This document shows positions 38,883-48,645 of a stretch of 64,000 nucleotides of DNA, piece after piece (the stretch's first letter is position 1; each line of letters begins with the position of its first letter). Origin of the DNA: Candidatus Eiseniibacteriota bacterium. GTDB taxonomy: Bacteria > Eisenbacteria > RBG-16-71-46. The stretch covers positions 1,056,001 through 1,120,000 of the forward strand of contig CAVZLN010000003.1 of assembly GCA_963776245.1 (NCBI GenBank). The letters are read 5' to 3'. The translations under genes were made by a program, and so were the position numbers. The notes beneath the pieces are model-generated. The model saw only the letters and a list, made by a program, of their open reading frames with translations. It did not search any database and was not told the DNA's origin.

Positions 38883-40493
38883 TCATCGGTCCACGCACGC
38901 GTAGCAGAGGTTGAACGACTTGTTGACCACCGGGAAGTCGGGGACGATGTTGTCGAGCACCGCCAGCGCCACCGCGGGCCAGTTCGCGTGCGAGGCCGAC
39001 CGCACCCGCCACGACTCGAGCGTGCCATCGCCCGCGGCGCGCACCCAGTGCGCGAGCATGCCGCGCGGGGACTCGACCAGCCCGAGTCCCGACCGTCCCT
39101 CGGCCAGTCCGCCGATGTGCTGCGCCAGCGGGCCGCCCGGCAGGCGCAGCAGCATCTGCTCGATCAGGTTGAGCGACTCGTGCATCTCGTCCACGTGCTG
39201 ATGGAAGCGGGCGAGCGCGTCCCCGGTCGCGCGCGTGGGCACCTGGAAGTCGAGGTCGGGGTAGGCCGCGTACGGGTGGTCGCGGCGCACGTCGCGCGGC
39301 AGGCCCGAGGCCCGCGCCGCCGGTCCGACCACGCCGAGATCCACGGCGATGGCGCGCGTGAGCACGCCGGTGCCCAGCAACCGGTCGACCACGGCGGCGT
39401 TGGCCGGCACCGAGCGCGCCAGCGCCTCGAGGTCGGCGCGCACCCCGGTCAACACGCCGCGCAGCCACAGCTGCGCCGCGTCGTCGAGGTCGCGCGCCAC
39501 GCCCCCCGGCACGCACACGCCCCGCAGGAATCGGTGGCCGAACAGCGCGTCATTCACCTGCTGGAGGGTCTCCTTGAGACGGTTGGCCTCGGTCGCGCCC
39601 ACCACGTACGCGGTGCAGGTGAGCAGGTGGCCGATCGTGCCGGCGTGGTTGTAGAGCCGCTCGAGCTCGGCGGCGAGCGAGCGGATGGCGCGCGCGCGCG
39701 GCGGCACGCTGGTGCCGGTCAGTTCCTCGACCGCCCCGCAATAGGCGATCGCATGCGAGAGCGCGCACAGCCCGCAGACGCGCTCGGCCAGCTCGAGGCC
39801 GCGCGTGACGCTCGCCCCTCTCGCCAGGGTCTCCAGCCCGCGGTACTTCCAGCCGAGGCGCACGTCGAGCTTCAGGATGGCCTCGCCCACGCTCGAGAAC
39901 CGGAAGTGGCCGGGCTCGATGATGCCGGCGTGGATGGGCCCGACCGGGATCTCGAACACCCCTTCCCCCTCGACCTTCCCGAACGCGAACCGCGGCGCCC
40001 ACGACCACTCCGCGGGCGGCGCGAAGTCGCGTCGCAGCGGATACGCGCCCGCCGGCCAGCCCTCGTGCGCCACCAGCGGACGCGGATCGGGATGGCCCTC
40101 GGGCACCACGCCCAGCAGGTCGTGCATCTCGCGCTCGAGCCAATGGGCGGCCGGCACCTCGGGCGTGATGCTCGGGTAGACGGGCGCGTCCCCCGGCACC
40201 GCCACGACGAGCGTGATGAGCGCGTCCTCGGGCGCCATCGAGAACGTGAAGTGCAGCCGGAAGCGTCCGCCCGCCTCGCGCTCGTCGAGCGCGTAAGCCA
40301 GCACCAGCGCTCCGCCCCACTCGCGGTGGAGGGCGCCGGCCACCTCGCGCACCCGCGCCGCCGGCACGACCACCAGGTGCTCGCGCAGGCTGGCGCGATC
40401 GGCGCCGAGCACCGCGTCGGCGAAGCGCTCGCGCAGTCCCAGCAGCGCGCGCTGGAGCGGGAACAGCTCGCCGGTCTCGGGCCGGTCGGTCAT
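38883..40493 (-). CDS. hyfG: Group 4 [NiFe]-hydrogenase-like large subunit (fused NuoC/NuoD; HycE/HyfG-like)
   Basis: EREMHDLLG..P.GHPD.R, GPIHAGIIEPGHFRF, ERVCGLC..SH, ELERLYNH, ESPRG, C-terminal NKSFNLCYACVDR. Confidence 0.92.
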   Translation of the reverse strand: MTDRPETGELFPLQRALLGLRERFADAVLGADRASLREHLVVVPAARVREVAGALHREWGGALVLAYALDEREAGGRFRLHFTFSMAPEDALITLVVAVPGDAPVYPSITPEVPAAHWLEREMHDLLGVVPEGHPDPRPLVAHEGWPAGAYPLRRDFAPPAEWSWAPRFAFGKVEGEGVFEIPVGPIHAGIIEPGHFRFSSVGEAILKLDVRLGWKYRGLETLARGASVTRGLELAERVCGLCALSHAIAYCGAVEELTGTSVPPRARAIRSLAAELERLYNHAGTIGHLLTCTAYVVGATEANRLKETLQQVNDALFGHRFLRGVCVPGGVARDLDDAAQLWLRGVLTGVRADLEALARSVPANAAVVDRLLGTGVLTRAIAVDLGVVGPAARASGLPRDVRRDHPYAAYPDLDFQVPTRATGDALARFHQHVDEMHESLNLIEQMLLRLPGGPLAQHIGGLAEGRSGLGLVESPRGMLAHWVRAAGDGTLESWRVRSASHANWPAVALAVLDNIVPDFPVVNKSFNLCYACVDR

Positions 40494-41959
40494 GGTCGGA
40501 GCACCGCGGCCGCCTGCTCGAGCAGGTGGCGGAAGGGGGTGGGCAGGTAGACGCCGAGCAGCACCAGCGCCCCCGCGAGCGCCCACATCGGCGCGTGCGA
40601 GCCCCGCGGCAGCGGATCGCGCGCCTCGCGCTTGGCGCGTCCGAGGGCGACGCGCGTCCAGTGGTACGCGAGCCCCGCGAACACGATGGTGAGCGCCGCC
40701 AGTGCCACGGCCACCGCGGCGAAGTGCCCGGCGTGAAGCCCGCCCAGCAGCGTGCTCCATTCCGAGAGGAACAGCGCGGTGGGCGGCAGCCCGGCGAGCG
40801 CCACGCCGGCGATCACGAACAGCGCGCCGAGCGGGGGCGAGGCCTCGAGCGCCCCGCTCCACTGGTCCATGCGGCGCGAGGCGAACCCGCGGCCCAGCGA
40901 GCCGCCGACCAGGAACGCCAGCGTCTTGGCGAGCGCGTGGGCGACGAGGTGGAACATCCCGCCGAACACGGCGAGCGGCGCGCCGAGGCCGACGGCGAGG
41001 GTGATGAAGCCGGTGTGCTCGACGCTCGAGTACGCCAGCAGGCGCTTGTAGTCGCCCTGCAGCAGCATGAAGGGCACCGCCACCCCCATGGACAGCAGTC
41101 CGAAGGCGATCAGCAGTCCGCTCGAGTAGCCCGGCCCGAGGCACGCGGCGGCGATGGCGTGCACGCGCAGCACCGCGGTGAGCGCGGTGGCGAGCATGGC
41201 CGCGGACAGCACCGCGCTCACCGGCGTGGGCGCCTGGCTGTGCGCGTCGGGCAGCCAGGTGTGCATCGGCGCGAGGCCGGCCTTGGTGCCGTAGCCCACC
41301 AGGGTGAACACGAACCCGAGCATCACGAACCGCGGCGACAGCCGGGGCGCGATCGCGCGCAGTTCGGTCCACTGCAGTCCCCGGGACGGCTCGGCGAACA
41401 GCCCGCTCGAGGCGTAGTAGAGCAGCACGGTGCCGAACAGCGCGAGGGTGATGCCCACCGAGCACAACAGCAGGTACTTCCACCCCGCTTCGACCGCGCC
41501 CGGGCGGTCGTAGTAGCCGACCAGGAGCGCGGAGGCGAGCGTGCTGGCCTCGAGCGCGATCCACAACAGCCCGAGGTTGTTGGCCACCGCCGCGAGCGTG
41601 ATCGAGCCGGCGAGGAGGTGGAACATGGCGTCGTAACGGCCCGCGGTCCAGCCGGCCGCGGCGTGCCCCCGCTCCTCCTGCGCCATGTAGTAGGCCGCGT
41701 ACCACGCCGCCGCGGTGACCACCACGCCGATCACCAGCGCGAGCAGCGCGGCGAGCGCGTCGGCCTGCAGCCAGCCGCCCGCGGCGGTGAAGGCGCCGCC
41801 GGCCAGCACACGCGCGACGAGCGCGACCGCCGCCGCCAGCCCCAGCGCCGCGCCCGCCAGCGAGACGCGCCGGCTCCACGCCGAGCGCCCCAGCGCCAGG
41901 CACGCCGCGGCGGCCAGCGGCGAGGCGAGCAGGAGCGGGAGCAGGAACGCCATGGTCAT
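40490..41959 (-). CDS. hyfF: Hydrogenase-4 membrane subunit F (NuoL/N-like antiporter)
   Basis: LWIALEASTL, EAGWKY, GYGTKAGLAPMHTWLPDAHSQAPTPVSA, KRLLAYSSVEH. Confidence 0.92.
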   Translation of the reverse strand: MTMAFLLPLLLASPLAAAACLALGRSAWSRRVSLAGAALGLAAAVALVARVLAGGAFTAAGGWLQADALAALLALVIGVVVTAAAWYAAYYMAQEERGHAAAGWTAGRYDAMFHLLAGSITLAAVANNLGLLWIALEASTLASALLVGYYDRPGAVEAGWKYLLLCSVGITLALFGTVLLYYASSGLFAEPSRGLQWTELRAIAPRLSPRFVMLGFVFTLVGYGTKAGLAPMHTWLPDAHSQAPTPVSAVLSAAMLATALTAVLRVHAIAAACLGPGYSSGLLIAFGLLSMGVAVPFMLLQGDYKRLLAYSSVEHTGFITLAVGLGAPLAVFGGMFHLVAHALAKTLAFLVGGSLGRGFASRRMDQWSGALEASPPLGALFVIAGVALAGLPPTALFLSEWSTLLGGLHAGHFAAVAVALAALTIVFAGLAYHWTRVALGRAKREARDPLPRGSHAPMWALAGALVLLGVYLPTPFRHLLEQAAAVLRP

Positions 41960-42630
41960 CCCTTCAGCGAGGTGAGCCGCGTGGTGTCACCGTGGTCGAA
42001 GGTGTCCTCGATGCGGCCGACGAACACTCCGAGCAATGCCACGCCCACCAGCAGGTCGAGCAGCACGCCGATCTCGACCACCAGCGGCATGCCGTAGGTG
42101 AGGGAGACCGCGCCGAGGAAGATCGCGTTCTCCACCAGCACCAGTCCGACGATCTGCATCAGCGCCTGGCGGCGGCTCACCATCACGAACAGCCCGATGA
42201 GCGTGGCCGCGACCGAGACCGGCAGGCACGACGCGAGGATGGTGGTGCCGGCGCCGAACAGCGCGCGCGTCTGGCTGAACGCCACCACCACCAGCGCCCC
42301 GCCGGTCAGCGCCGAGGCGGGGATGCCGATGTACGAGTCCACCAGGCCCGGCCCCTTCGAGCGTGCCGCCGCGCGGCCGAGCAGGCGCGGGATGAGGAAG
42401 CCCTTGATCGCGCCCACCAGCGTCGCCGCGACCAGGATGTGCCAGGCGCCGGTGGACTGGGCCACCACCAGCGCGATGCCGGCGAGACTCCACGAGTTCC
42501 AGGTGTAGGCGCGGATCGCGCCCGCGACGCGGCGCTGGCTCACGGCGTAGAGCGCCGAGAGCAGGAACGCGCCCGCCAGCAGGTTGATGGCGTTGCTGTG
42601 CGGGAGCCAGTCGGGGAGCGGGAGGTCCAT
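41956..42630 (-). CDS. hyfE: Hydrogenase-4 membrane subunit E
   Basis: IKG.LIP.LL, QIVGL..VENAIFL, GMPLVVEIG.LLD. Confidence 0.88.
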   Translation of the reverse strand: MDLPLPDWLPHSNAINLLAGAFLLSALYAVSQRRVAGAIRAYTWNSWSLAGIALVVAQSTGAWHILVAATLVGAIKGFLIPRLLGRAAARSKGPGLVDSYIGIPASALTGGALVVVAFSQTRALFGAGTTILASCLPVSVAATLIGLFVMVSRRQALMQIVGLVLVENAIFLGAVSLTYGMPLVVEIGVLLDLLVGVALLGVFVGRIEDTFDHGDTTRLTSLKG

Positions 42631-43583
42631 CACTTGAGCATCGCGTTGGAGGCCAGGGCGAGCAACGAGAGCAGGAACGCCATGCCGAGGAACTCGGGCA
42701 CGCGGAACAGACGCATCTTGGCGGTCACCGATTCGATCGCGGCGATCACCACGCACATCGTCAGCAGCTTGGCCATCCAGATGCCCGCCGCCAGCGCGAG
42801 CGCCCCGGCGGTGGGCTCGAGCGCGATGCCCCACGGCAGGAAGAGGTTCGCCACCAGGGTGAGCAGCACGATCTGCCGCACCGCCGCCGCCCACTCGAGC
42901 AGGGCCAGGTGGCGCCCCGAGACGTCGAGCAGCATCCCTTCGTGGATCATGGTGAGTTCGAGGTGGGTGACCGGGTTGTCCACCGGCACGCGGCCGGTCT
43001 CGGAGAGCGCGACGATCCACATCGCGGCCAGCGCCAGCAAGTGGGATGGCGAGAGCCAGCCGAGGGGCGCGGTCGCCACCGCGCGCGCGATGCCGCCGAG
43101 CGCCGTGGTGTGCGCGCCGATCGCGAGCGTGAACACCGCCAGCATGAGCGCGGGCTCGGCCAGCGCCGCGAGCGCCATGTGGCGGCTCGCGGCCATGCCG
43201 CCGAAGGTCGTGCCGGGCTCCATCGCGAGCAGCGCCTGGAGCACGCGCGCGGCGGCGAACAGCGCCACCGTCGCCACCAGGTCACCGGCGAATCCGAGCG
43301 GATCGCCCGCCAGCACCACCGGCGTCCAGGCGCACACCGCGAGCGAGCACGCGAGCACGGCGACCGGCGCCGCGCGTGCCAGCCACGAGGCGTCCTCGGA
43401 GACGATCGACTCCTTGTGCCACAGCCGCCCCAGGTCGGCGTACCGCTGGAGCACCGGAGCCCCCCGGCGCATCTGCAGCCGCGCCTTGAGCGCGGCGATG
43501 ACCCCGTTGAGCAGCGGCGCCATCAGCACCAGCATCACGGTCTGCCCGACCACCAGCGCGGCGCTCAGGAGCGGATCGTTCAC
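42630..43583 (-). CDS. hyfC: Hydrogenase-4 membrane subunit C (NuoH-like)
   Basis: KARLQ.R.G..V.Q.Y.DL..L..KE, FGGMAASR, ETGRVPVDNP.THLELTMIHE.M.L. Confidence 0.92.
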   Translation of the reverse strand: MNDPLLSAALVVGQTVMLVLMAPLLNGVIAALKARLQMRRGAPVLQRYADLGRLWHKESIVSEDASWLARAAPVAVLACSLAVCAWTPVVLAGDPLGFAGDLVATVALFAAARVLQALLAMEPGTTFGGMAASRHMALAALAEPALMLAVFTLAIGAHTTALGGIARAVATAPLGWLSPSHLLALAAMWIVALSETGRVPVDNPVTHLELTMIHEGMLLDVSGRHLALLEWAAAVRQIVLLTLVANLFLPWGIALEPTAGALALAAGIWMAKLLTMCVVIAAIESVTAKMRLFRVPEFLGMAFLLSLLALASNAMLK

Positions 43584-45655
43584 GGCCGCATCGCCCCGAG
43601 CAGCAGCACCACCAGCGTGACCAGCAGGTAGAGCATGTAGAGGTTGAGGTTCCCGGTCTGGAGGCGGCGCGCCTGCTCGGACGTCCACAGCACCGCCTGC
43701 ACCAGCGGTTCGTAGAACAGCCGTTCGACCAGCGGCGGCACGCCCGAGTGGTAGCGATACCGGTGGCCGAAGTACGGCGAGCCCTCCTCGAGCACCTCGA
43801 GCTCGCGCTCGGCGCGCAGCAGCGGGCCGAAGATCAACCGCAGGGGCTTGGTGAACCCGAGCGCCGAGTACTGCTGGCGCGCGTCGAGCCGCACCCCGCA
43901 CGCCCACGACGGCGCGCGCCGCACCGGGGTGCGCAGCCGCGCGAGCGACAGCCAGGCCATGGGCAGGAGCCCGAACAGCGCCGCCAGCAGCGCCAGCGAG
44001 AGCGGGGAGACGCTCGCGAAGGCCGGGCCGAGCGGCGCCAGCACCAGGCCGTCCCAGGCCGACAGCCTCACCGCGTCGAAGCCCGGCACGAGCGAATCGA
44101 GCGAGCGGCCCAGCGCGCCCAGCGCCCAGGTGGCGCCGGTGCCCCACGCCACGCCGAGCGCCGCGAGCGCGAGCAGCGTCCATTCCAGCGCCGGACCCGC
44201 CGCGTGCGCCTGCGCCGCGCCGGCGCTGCGCGGGCGGCCGAGGAAGCCGACGCCATAGAGCTTGACCAGCGCCGCGGCCGAGAGCGCGGTCGCGAGCGCC
44301 AGTCCCGCGCCCACGAACGGCGCGAGCAGCCGCAGGCTGCCGGTGCCGGCCGAGAAGCCGACGATGAGCGCCTGGTAGAGCAGCCACTCGCCGATGAAGC
44401 AGGCGAACAGCGGCAGCCCCGAGAGCGCGAGGACGGACGCGAGGGCCGCGCCCGAGAGCCGCGGCAGCCGGCGCGCGAGGCCGCCCAGCTTCTCGAGGTC
44501 GCGGCTGCCCGCCGCGTGCGCCGCCTCGCCCACGGCGAGGAACGCGAGCCCCTTCGAGAGCCCGTGCCCCACGGCGTGGTACAGGCAGGCGGCGAGCGCC
44601 ACGCCAGCGAGCGCCGGCTGGCCGCCGCGCACGAAGGTGGCCGCGAGCCCGAGGGCGATCGCCAGCAGCCCGGCGTTCTTGATCGTGGAGTAGGCGAGCA
44701 GGCGCTTGGCGTCGCTCTCGAGCACCGCGTAGAGCGCTCCCAGCAGCGCCGTGGCCGCGCCGGCGACCAGCAGCGTCTCGCCCCAGCCGGCCACCGGCCC
44801 GCCCGCCATCTGCCAGGCGAAGCGCAGCAGGCCGTAGAGCCCGGCCTTGACCATCACGCCCGAGAGCAGCGCCGAGACCGGCGCGGGCGCTTCGGGGTGC
44901 GCCAGCGGCAGCCATACGTGGAGCGGCGCCAGCCCGAGCTTGACGGCGAAGCCGATGGTCATCGCCCACGCCACCCACCGCGCCTCGGCCGGCGGCAGCG
45001 CCGCGAACGCGGCCGCGAGGTCGGTGAACGCGAACGAGCCCGCCACCGCCGAGAGGCGGAGCAGCGCGAGCGCCATGAAGGCCGCCCCGGCGTGCGAGAG
45101 CGCGAGGTACACGAACGCCGCGCCCCGGGCGCGCGCGCTGCGGGGATCGGCCGCCACCAGCGCCGCCGAGAGCAGCGTCATGCCCTCCCACGCCAGCAGG
45201 AACAACAGCGCGTGCCGCGCCGCGAACGCCGCGGCGAGCGCCAGCGCGAACGCCGCGTGCAGGGCGATGCGCGCGAGGTCGCCCGCGCCGGCGCCCGCCG
45301 TCCCCGGGTCGTGCGCCTGAGCGGTGCGATGGCTGATGAACGACGCGGCGCCGACGATGCCGAGCAGCAGCAGGAAAGGCGCGGCGAGCCCGTCGATTCC
45401 CAGCGACCAGGGGTCGCCCGGCAGCCCCGGCCACCACTCGAGCGGCGAAGGCTCGGCGCCCGCGAGCGCGAGGCCCGCGGCCACCGCGAGCGCCCCGCAG
45501 GCGACCGCGGCGGTGGCGCGCGCGAGGCGGAAGCGGACCAGCCGGGAGGGGCGCGCCGGCGCGGGCAGCAGTCCGAGCGCGGGCACGAGCGCAGCGGCGG
45601 CCAGACCCCAGACCGCGAGCGCTAGAAGGCCGCCGGCGAGCGCGGCGAGCGGCAT
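43580..45655 (-). CDS. hyfB: Hydrogenase-4 membrane subunit B (NuoL-like antiporter)
   Basis: FLLAWE.M, KLGLAPLHVWLP.AHPEAPAPVSALLSGVMVK, KRLLAYSTI, FLGRPRS, W.CG......QY.A.GF..P. Confidence 0.92.
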   Translation of the reverse strand: MPLAALAGGLLALAVWGLAAAALVPALGLLPAPARPSRLVRFRLARATAAVACGALAVAAGLALAGAEPSPLEWWPGLPGDPWSLGIDGLAAPFLLLLGIVGAASFISHRTAQAHDPGTAGAGAGDLARIALHAAFALALAAAFAARHALLFLLAWEGMTLLSAALVAADPRSARARGAAFVYLALSHAGAAFMALALLRLSAVAGSFAFTDLAAAFAALPPAEARWVAWAMTIGFAVKLGLAPLHVWLPLAHPEAPAPVSALLSGVMVKAGLYGLLRFAWQMAGGPVAGWGETLLVAGAATALLGALYAVLESDAKRLLAYSTIKNAGLLAIALGLAATFVRGGQPALAGVALAACLYHAVGHGLSKGLAFLAVGEAAHAAGSRDLEKLGGLARRLPRLSGAALASVLALSGLPLFACFIGEWLLYQALIVGFSAGTGSLRLLAPFVGAGLALATALSAAALVKLYGVGFLGRPRSAGAAQAHAAGPALEWTLLALAALGVAWGTGATWALGALGRSLDSLVPGFDAVRLSAWDGLVLAPLGPAFASVSPLSLALLAALFGLLPMAWLSLARLRTPVRRAPSWACGVRLDARQQYSALGFTKPLRLIFGPLLRAERELEVLEEGSPYFGHRYRYHSGVPPLVERLFYEPLVQAVLWTSEQARRLQTGNLNLYMLYLLVTLVVLLLGAMRP

Positions 45656-45727
45656 CAGCCATCCCTGGTTGAAGTGACGAGGCACGCCCGCCGCGGGCGC
45701 GGGGGGCGTTCATCCATTCACCGTGCA

Positions 45728-45756
45728 GGAGTAACAAGCGCGCGGGCGGGGGTCAA
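45728..45756 (-). promoter_or_regulatory. Putative sigma70-type promoter of the hyf-like operon
   Basis: Minus strand TTGACC-N17-TACTCC preceded by extended -10 TG. Confidence 0.4.
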
Positions 45757-46046
45757 GGGCCGCGGTGCGAGGCGTGCCGTGGAGGTGCGGCGCGGAGCGG
45801 GAGGAGGTGCGCCCGAAGCAGGCGGAGGCCGCGTGGATCGCGGCGCGGGGCCGATCCGCTCGCAGCACCGAGGGTGACCGGCGTGCCCGGCCGAGGTGGC
45901 GTCCTGCCGAAGTGACGTTTTGCCATTGAGGGGGCGGAACCGTGGAGCCTATCATTCGAATGTGGAGGGCACTGCCCTCATCCCATGGATCGCCGTCGTC
46001 ACCCGACGGCCCGGTGGGCAATGCCCTTGAAATGGAGGCCGCGTCC

Positions 46047-48503
46047 ATGTTCAAGACTCAGCAGTTCTGTGCGTCGTGCATCGCCGTCATCACGACCGCT
46101 CTCGTCCCCCATTTCGCGTTCGCCGCCTGGCCGCACAGCCCGTTCACGAATCTGCCGGTCTGCACCGCGGCGATCACCCAGCAGTACTCCACGATCGCTA
46201 CGGATGGCTCGGGCGGCGCCATCGTCACGTGGCAGGACTTCCGTGGCCTCTGGACCTCTGACATCTACGCCCAGCACGTGCTGGCGAGCGGTGAGGCCGA
46301 CCCGGCATGGCCGGCCAACGGCCTTGCCATCTGCACCGCGGTGAGCAGTCAGGAGTTCCCTGTCATCGTATCGGACGGCGCAGGCGGCGCCGTCGTCACC
46401 TGGGGCGACGCTCGAAACGGGAATTACGACATCTTCGCCCAGCACGTGCTGGCGGGCGGCACGGTGGATCCGGCGTGGCCGGCGGATGGTCGCGCGCTCT
46501 GCACCGCGGCGGGCCATCAGGTGAGTCCCGCGGTCGTCTCGGACGGCGCAGGCGGCGCCATCGTCACCTGGCAGGACCTGCGCGGCGGCATCGTCTACAG
46601 CATCTACGCTCAGCACGTGCTGGCGGGCGGCGCCGTGGATCCGGCCTGGCCCGCGGACGGACGAGCGTTCTACACGCAGGAGTCTCAGCAGATCTCCCCT
46701 GCGATCATCTCCGACGGCGCGGGCGGCGCCATCGTCACCTGGCAGGACGCTCGCAGCGGCGCCTACGACATCTACGCTCAGCGCCTCCGGGCGAGCGGTG
46801 CCGTGGACCCGGCCTGGCCCGCGGCCGGCCGCGCCCTGTGTGCCGCAACGGACGATCAATCATCCCCCAGGATCGTCTCGGACGGCGCGGGTGGCGCCAT
46901 CGTCACGTGGCACGACCTCCGCAGCGGCACGGGCTACGACATCTACTCCCAGCACGTGCTGCCGAGCGGGGGCCTGGATCCCGCGTGGCCGGTGAACGGC
47001 CGCGCCGTGTGCACCACCGGGAACCACCAATCCGCTCCTGCGATCGCCTCGGACGGCGCGGGCGGCGCCATCGTCGCCTGGCACGACATGCGCAGCGGGA
47101 CGAACTACGACATCTACGCCCAGCACGTGCAGGCGAGCGGCGGCCTGGATCCCGCGTGGCCCGCCGAGGGTCGCGCGCTCCTGATCGCGCCGAACGATCA
47201 GTGGTACCCGTCGGTCGTTTCAGATGGGGCGGGCGGCGCCATCGTCATCTGGGGGGACAACCGCAACGGCAACTACGACATCTACGCCCAGCACGTGCAG
47301 GCAGGGGGAGTCGTGGATCCGGCGTGGCCCGCGGACGGCCGCGCCCTCTCGACCGCGGCGGGCACCCAGGGGTGGTTCACGGTCGTCACCGACGGCTCGG
47401 GTGGCGCCAATGTCACGTGGTCCGACGATCGGAACGGCGAGTGGGACATCTACGCGCAGCGCGTTGCGCGCTTCGGCTACCTCGGCACGCCCGAGGCCGA
47501 GGTCATCTCCGTGAGGGACGTCGCCGGCGATCAGGGCGGCAAGGTGAAGCTCTCGTGGAACGCGAGCTACCTCGACACCGGGGGCGACCCGAACCTGAGC
47601 GCCTATGACGTCCTGCGTTCCGTGCCCCAGGGCGCGGTGGCGGCGGCGCGGACGCGCGGCCAGCGTGTCGTGCCGCTGGGTGTCGGCGCGCTCGTTCCCG
47701 GGGAGATCCTGGTCTCCACCCTCGGTGCCCAGACGCTCTACTGGGAGTACCTCGCCACGGTGAACGCGCTTCACTACGTTTCCGGTTACAGCTACGTCGC
47801 GGCAACGACCACGGACTCGACGGGCACATCGAATCCGCTCACCGCATACATGATCGTCGCCCGCAACGCGACGACCACGATGTACTGGCCCTCGGCGCCG
47901 GCGTACGGCTACTCGGTGGACGATCTCGCGCCGGTCGCCCCCGCGACCTTCGTCGGCCGGTACGCCGCAGGTTCCACGACGCTTGAATGGAGCCCGAACG
48001 CCGAGAGCGATCTCGCGGGCTACCGGTTGTACCGCGGGTACGAGCCGGCATTCGCGCCGGGGCCGGGGAATCTCGTGGCCGCGCTTGCGGGCACGAACTA
48101 CGTGGACGCGGCGGGCGGGACCGCCTACTACAGGCTCGCGGCGGTGGACATCCACGGCAACCAGAGCCCGTACGCGTTCCTGCAGCCGGATGGGACGGTG
48201 GGGGTGGACGGGGTGGCGCCCGTGCGCGAGGTCTCGTTCGCGCGCCCGGCGCCCAACCCGGCGCGGGAGGGTGTGTCGCTCGCGTTCGCTCTGCCGCGTG
48301 AGGCGCGGGTGGAACTGGCGGTCTTCGATCCGGCGGGCCGCCGGGTGCGGACGCTGGTGGCGGGGGTGCGGGCGGCAGGAGAGCACGCGCCGCGCTGGGA
48401 CCTGAGCGACGACGCGGGACGGGCGGTGGGCGCCGGGCTCTACTTCGCGCGCCTCGAGGTCGAAGGCCGGCGGCTGGTGCGAAGGCTCGCAGTGACACGG
48501 TAG
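46047..48503 (+). CDS. Secreted repeat (probable beta-propeller) protein with Fn3-like and C-terminal FlgD-Ig/T9SS-like sorting domain
   Basis: Signal peptide (..AFA/AW); 8 repeats; W.PN.ESDLAGYRLYRG; C-terminal PNP..., VFD.AGRRVRTL, WD..DD.GR.V.AGLYFARL. RBS GGAGG. Confidence 0.85.
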   Translation: MFKTQQFCASCIAVITTALVPHFAFAAWPHSPFTNLPVCTAAITQQYSTIATDGSGGAIVTWQDFRGLWTSDIYAQHVLASGEADPAWPANGLAICTAVSSQEFPVIVSDGAGGAVVTWGDARNGNYDIFAQHVLAGGTVDPAWPADGRALCTAAGHQVSPAVVSDGAGGAIVTWQDLRGGIVYSIYAQHVLAGGAVDPAWPADGRAFYTQESQQISPAIISDGAGGAIVTWQDARSGAYDIYAQRLRASGAVDPAWPAAGRALCAATDDQSSPRIVSDGAGGAIVTWHDLRSGTGYDIYSQHVLPSGGLDPAWPVNGRAVCTTGNHQSAPAIASDGAGGAIVAWHDMRSGTNYDIYAQHVQASGGLDPAWPAEGRALLIAPNDQWYPSVVSDGAGGAIVIWGDNRNGNYDIYAQHVQAGGVVDPAWPADGRALSTAAGTQGWFTVVTDGSGGANVTWSDDRNGEWDIYAQRVARFGYLGTPEAEVISVRDVAGDQGGKVKLSWNASYLDTGGDPNLSAYDVLRSVPQGAVAAARTRGQRVVPLGVGALVPGEILVSTLGAQTLYWEYLATVNALHYVSGYSYVAATTTDSTGTSNPLTAYMIVARNATTTMYWPSAPAYGYSVDDLAPVAPATFVGRYAAGSTTLEWSPNAESDLAGYRLYRGYEPAFAPGPGNLVAALAGTNYVDAAGGTAYYRLAAVDIHGNQSPYAFLQPDGTVGVDGVAPVREVSFARPAPNPAREGVSLAFALPREARVELAVFDPAGRRVRTLVAGVRAAGEHAPRWDLSDDAGRAVGAGLYFARLEVEGRRLVRRLAVTR
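46203..47465 (+). repeat. Intragenic tandem repeat, 8 units of 168-171 nt (56-57 aa)
   Basis: DG(A/S)GGA.V.W.D.R at about 46203, 46374, 46542, 46713, 46881, 47052, 47223 and 47391, each followed by (D/S)I(Y/F).Q and, in the first seven, DPAWP. Confidence 0.9.
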
Positions 48504-48645
48504 TGGCCACCGCGGGGCCGGTCGCTCCGCCCTTTCCGGTCCCGTCGGTCGCGGTGTAACGTCGCAGGGCCTCCCGAGCCAGCCCCGGCCCCCGCCTCGC
48601 GCCTCGGGAGATCGCCCGCGCACCACCCTTCTCCCCGAGGTCAGC

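Noticed and set aside
45645..45725. Fluoride riboswitch-like AACC...GGCTGATG upstream of hyfB (such riboswitches can precede hyf-type genes)
   Set aside because: The 5' GGNGATGxxxx P1/pseudoknot element is missing, and the CTGATG includes the hyfB start codon. An Rfam scan would settle it.
46203..47465. Regularly spaced DNA repeats resembling an array
   Set aside because: The period is 168-171 nt, in frame, degenerate at third positions and inside a CDS. There are no unique spacers or cas genes, so it is not CRISPR.
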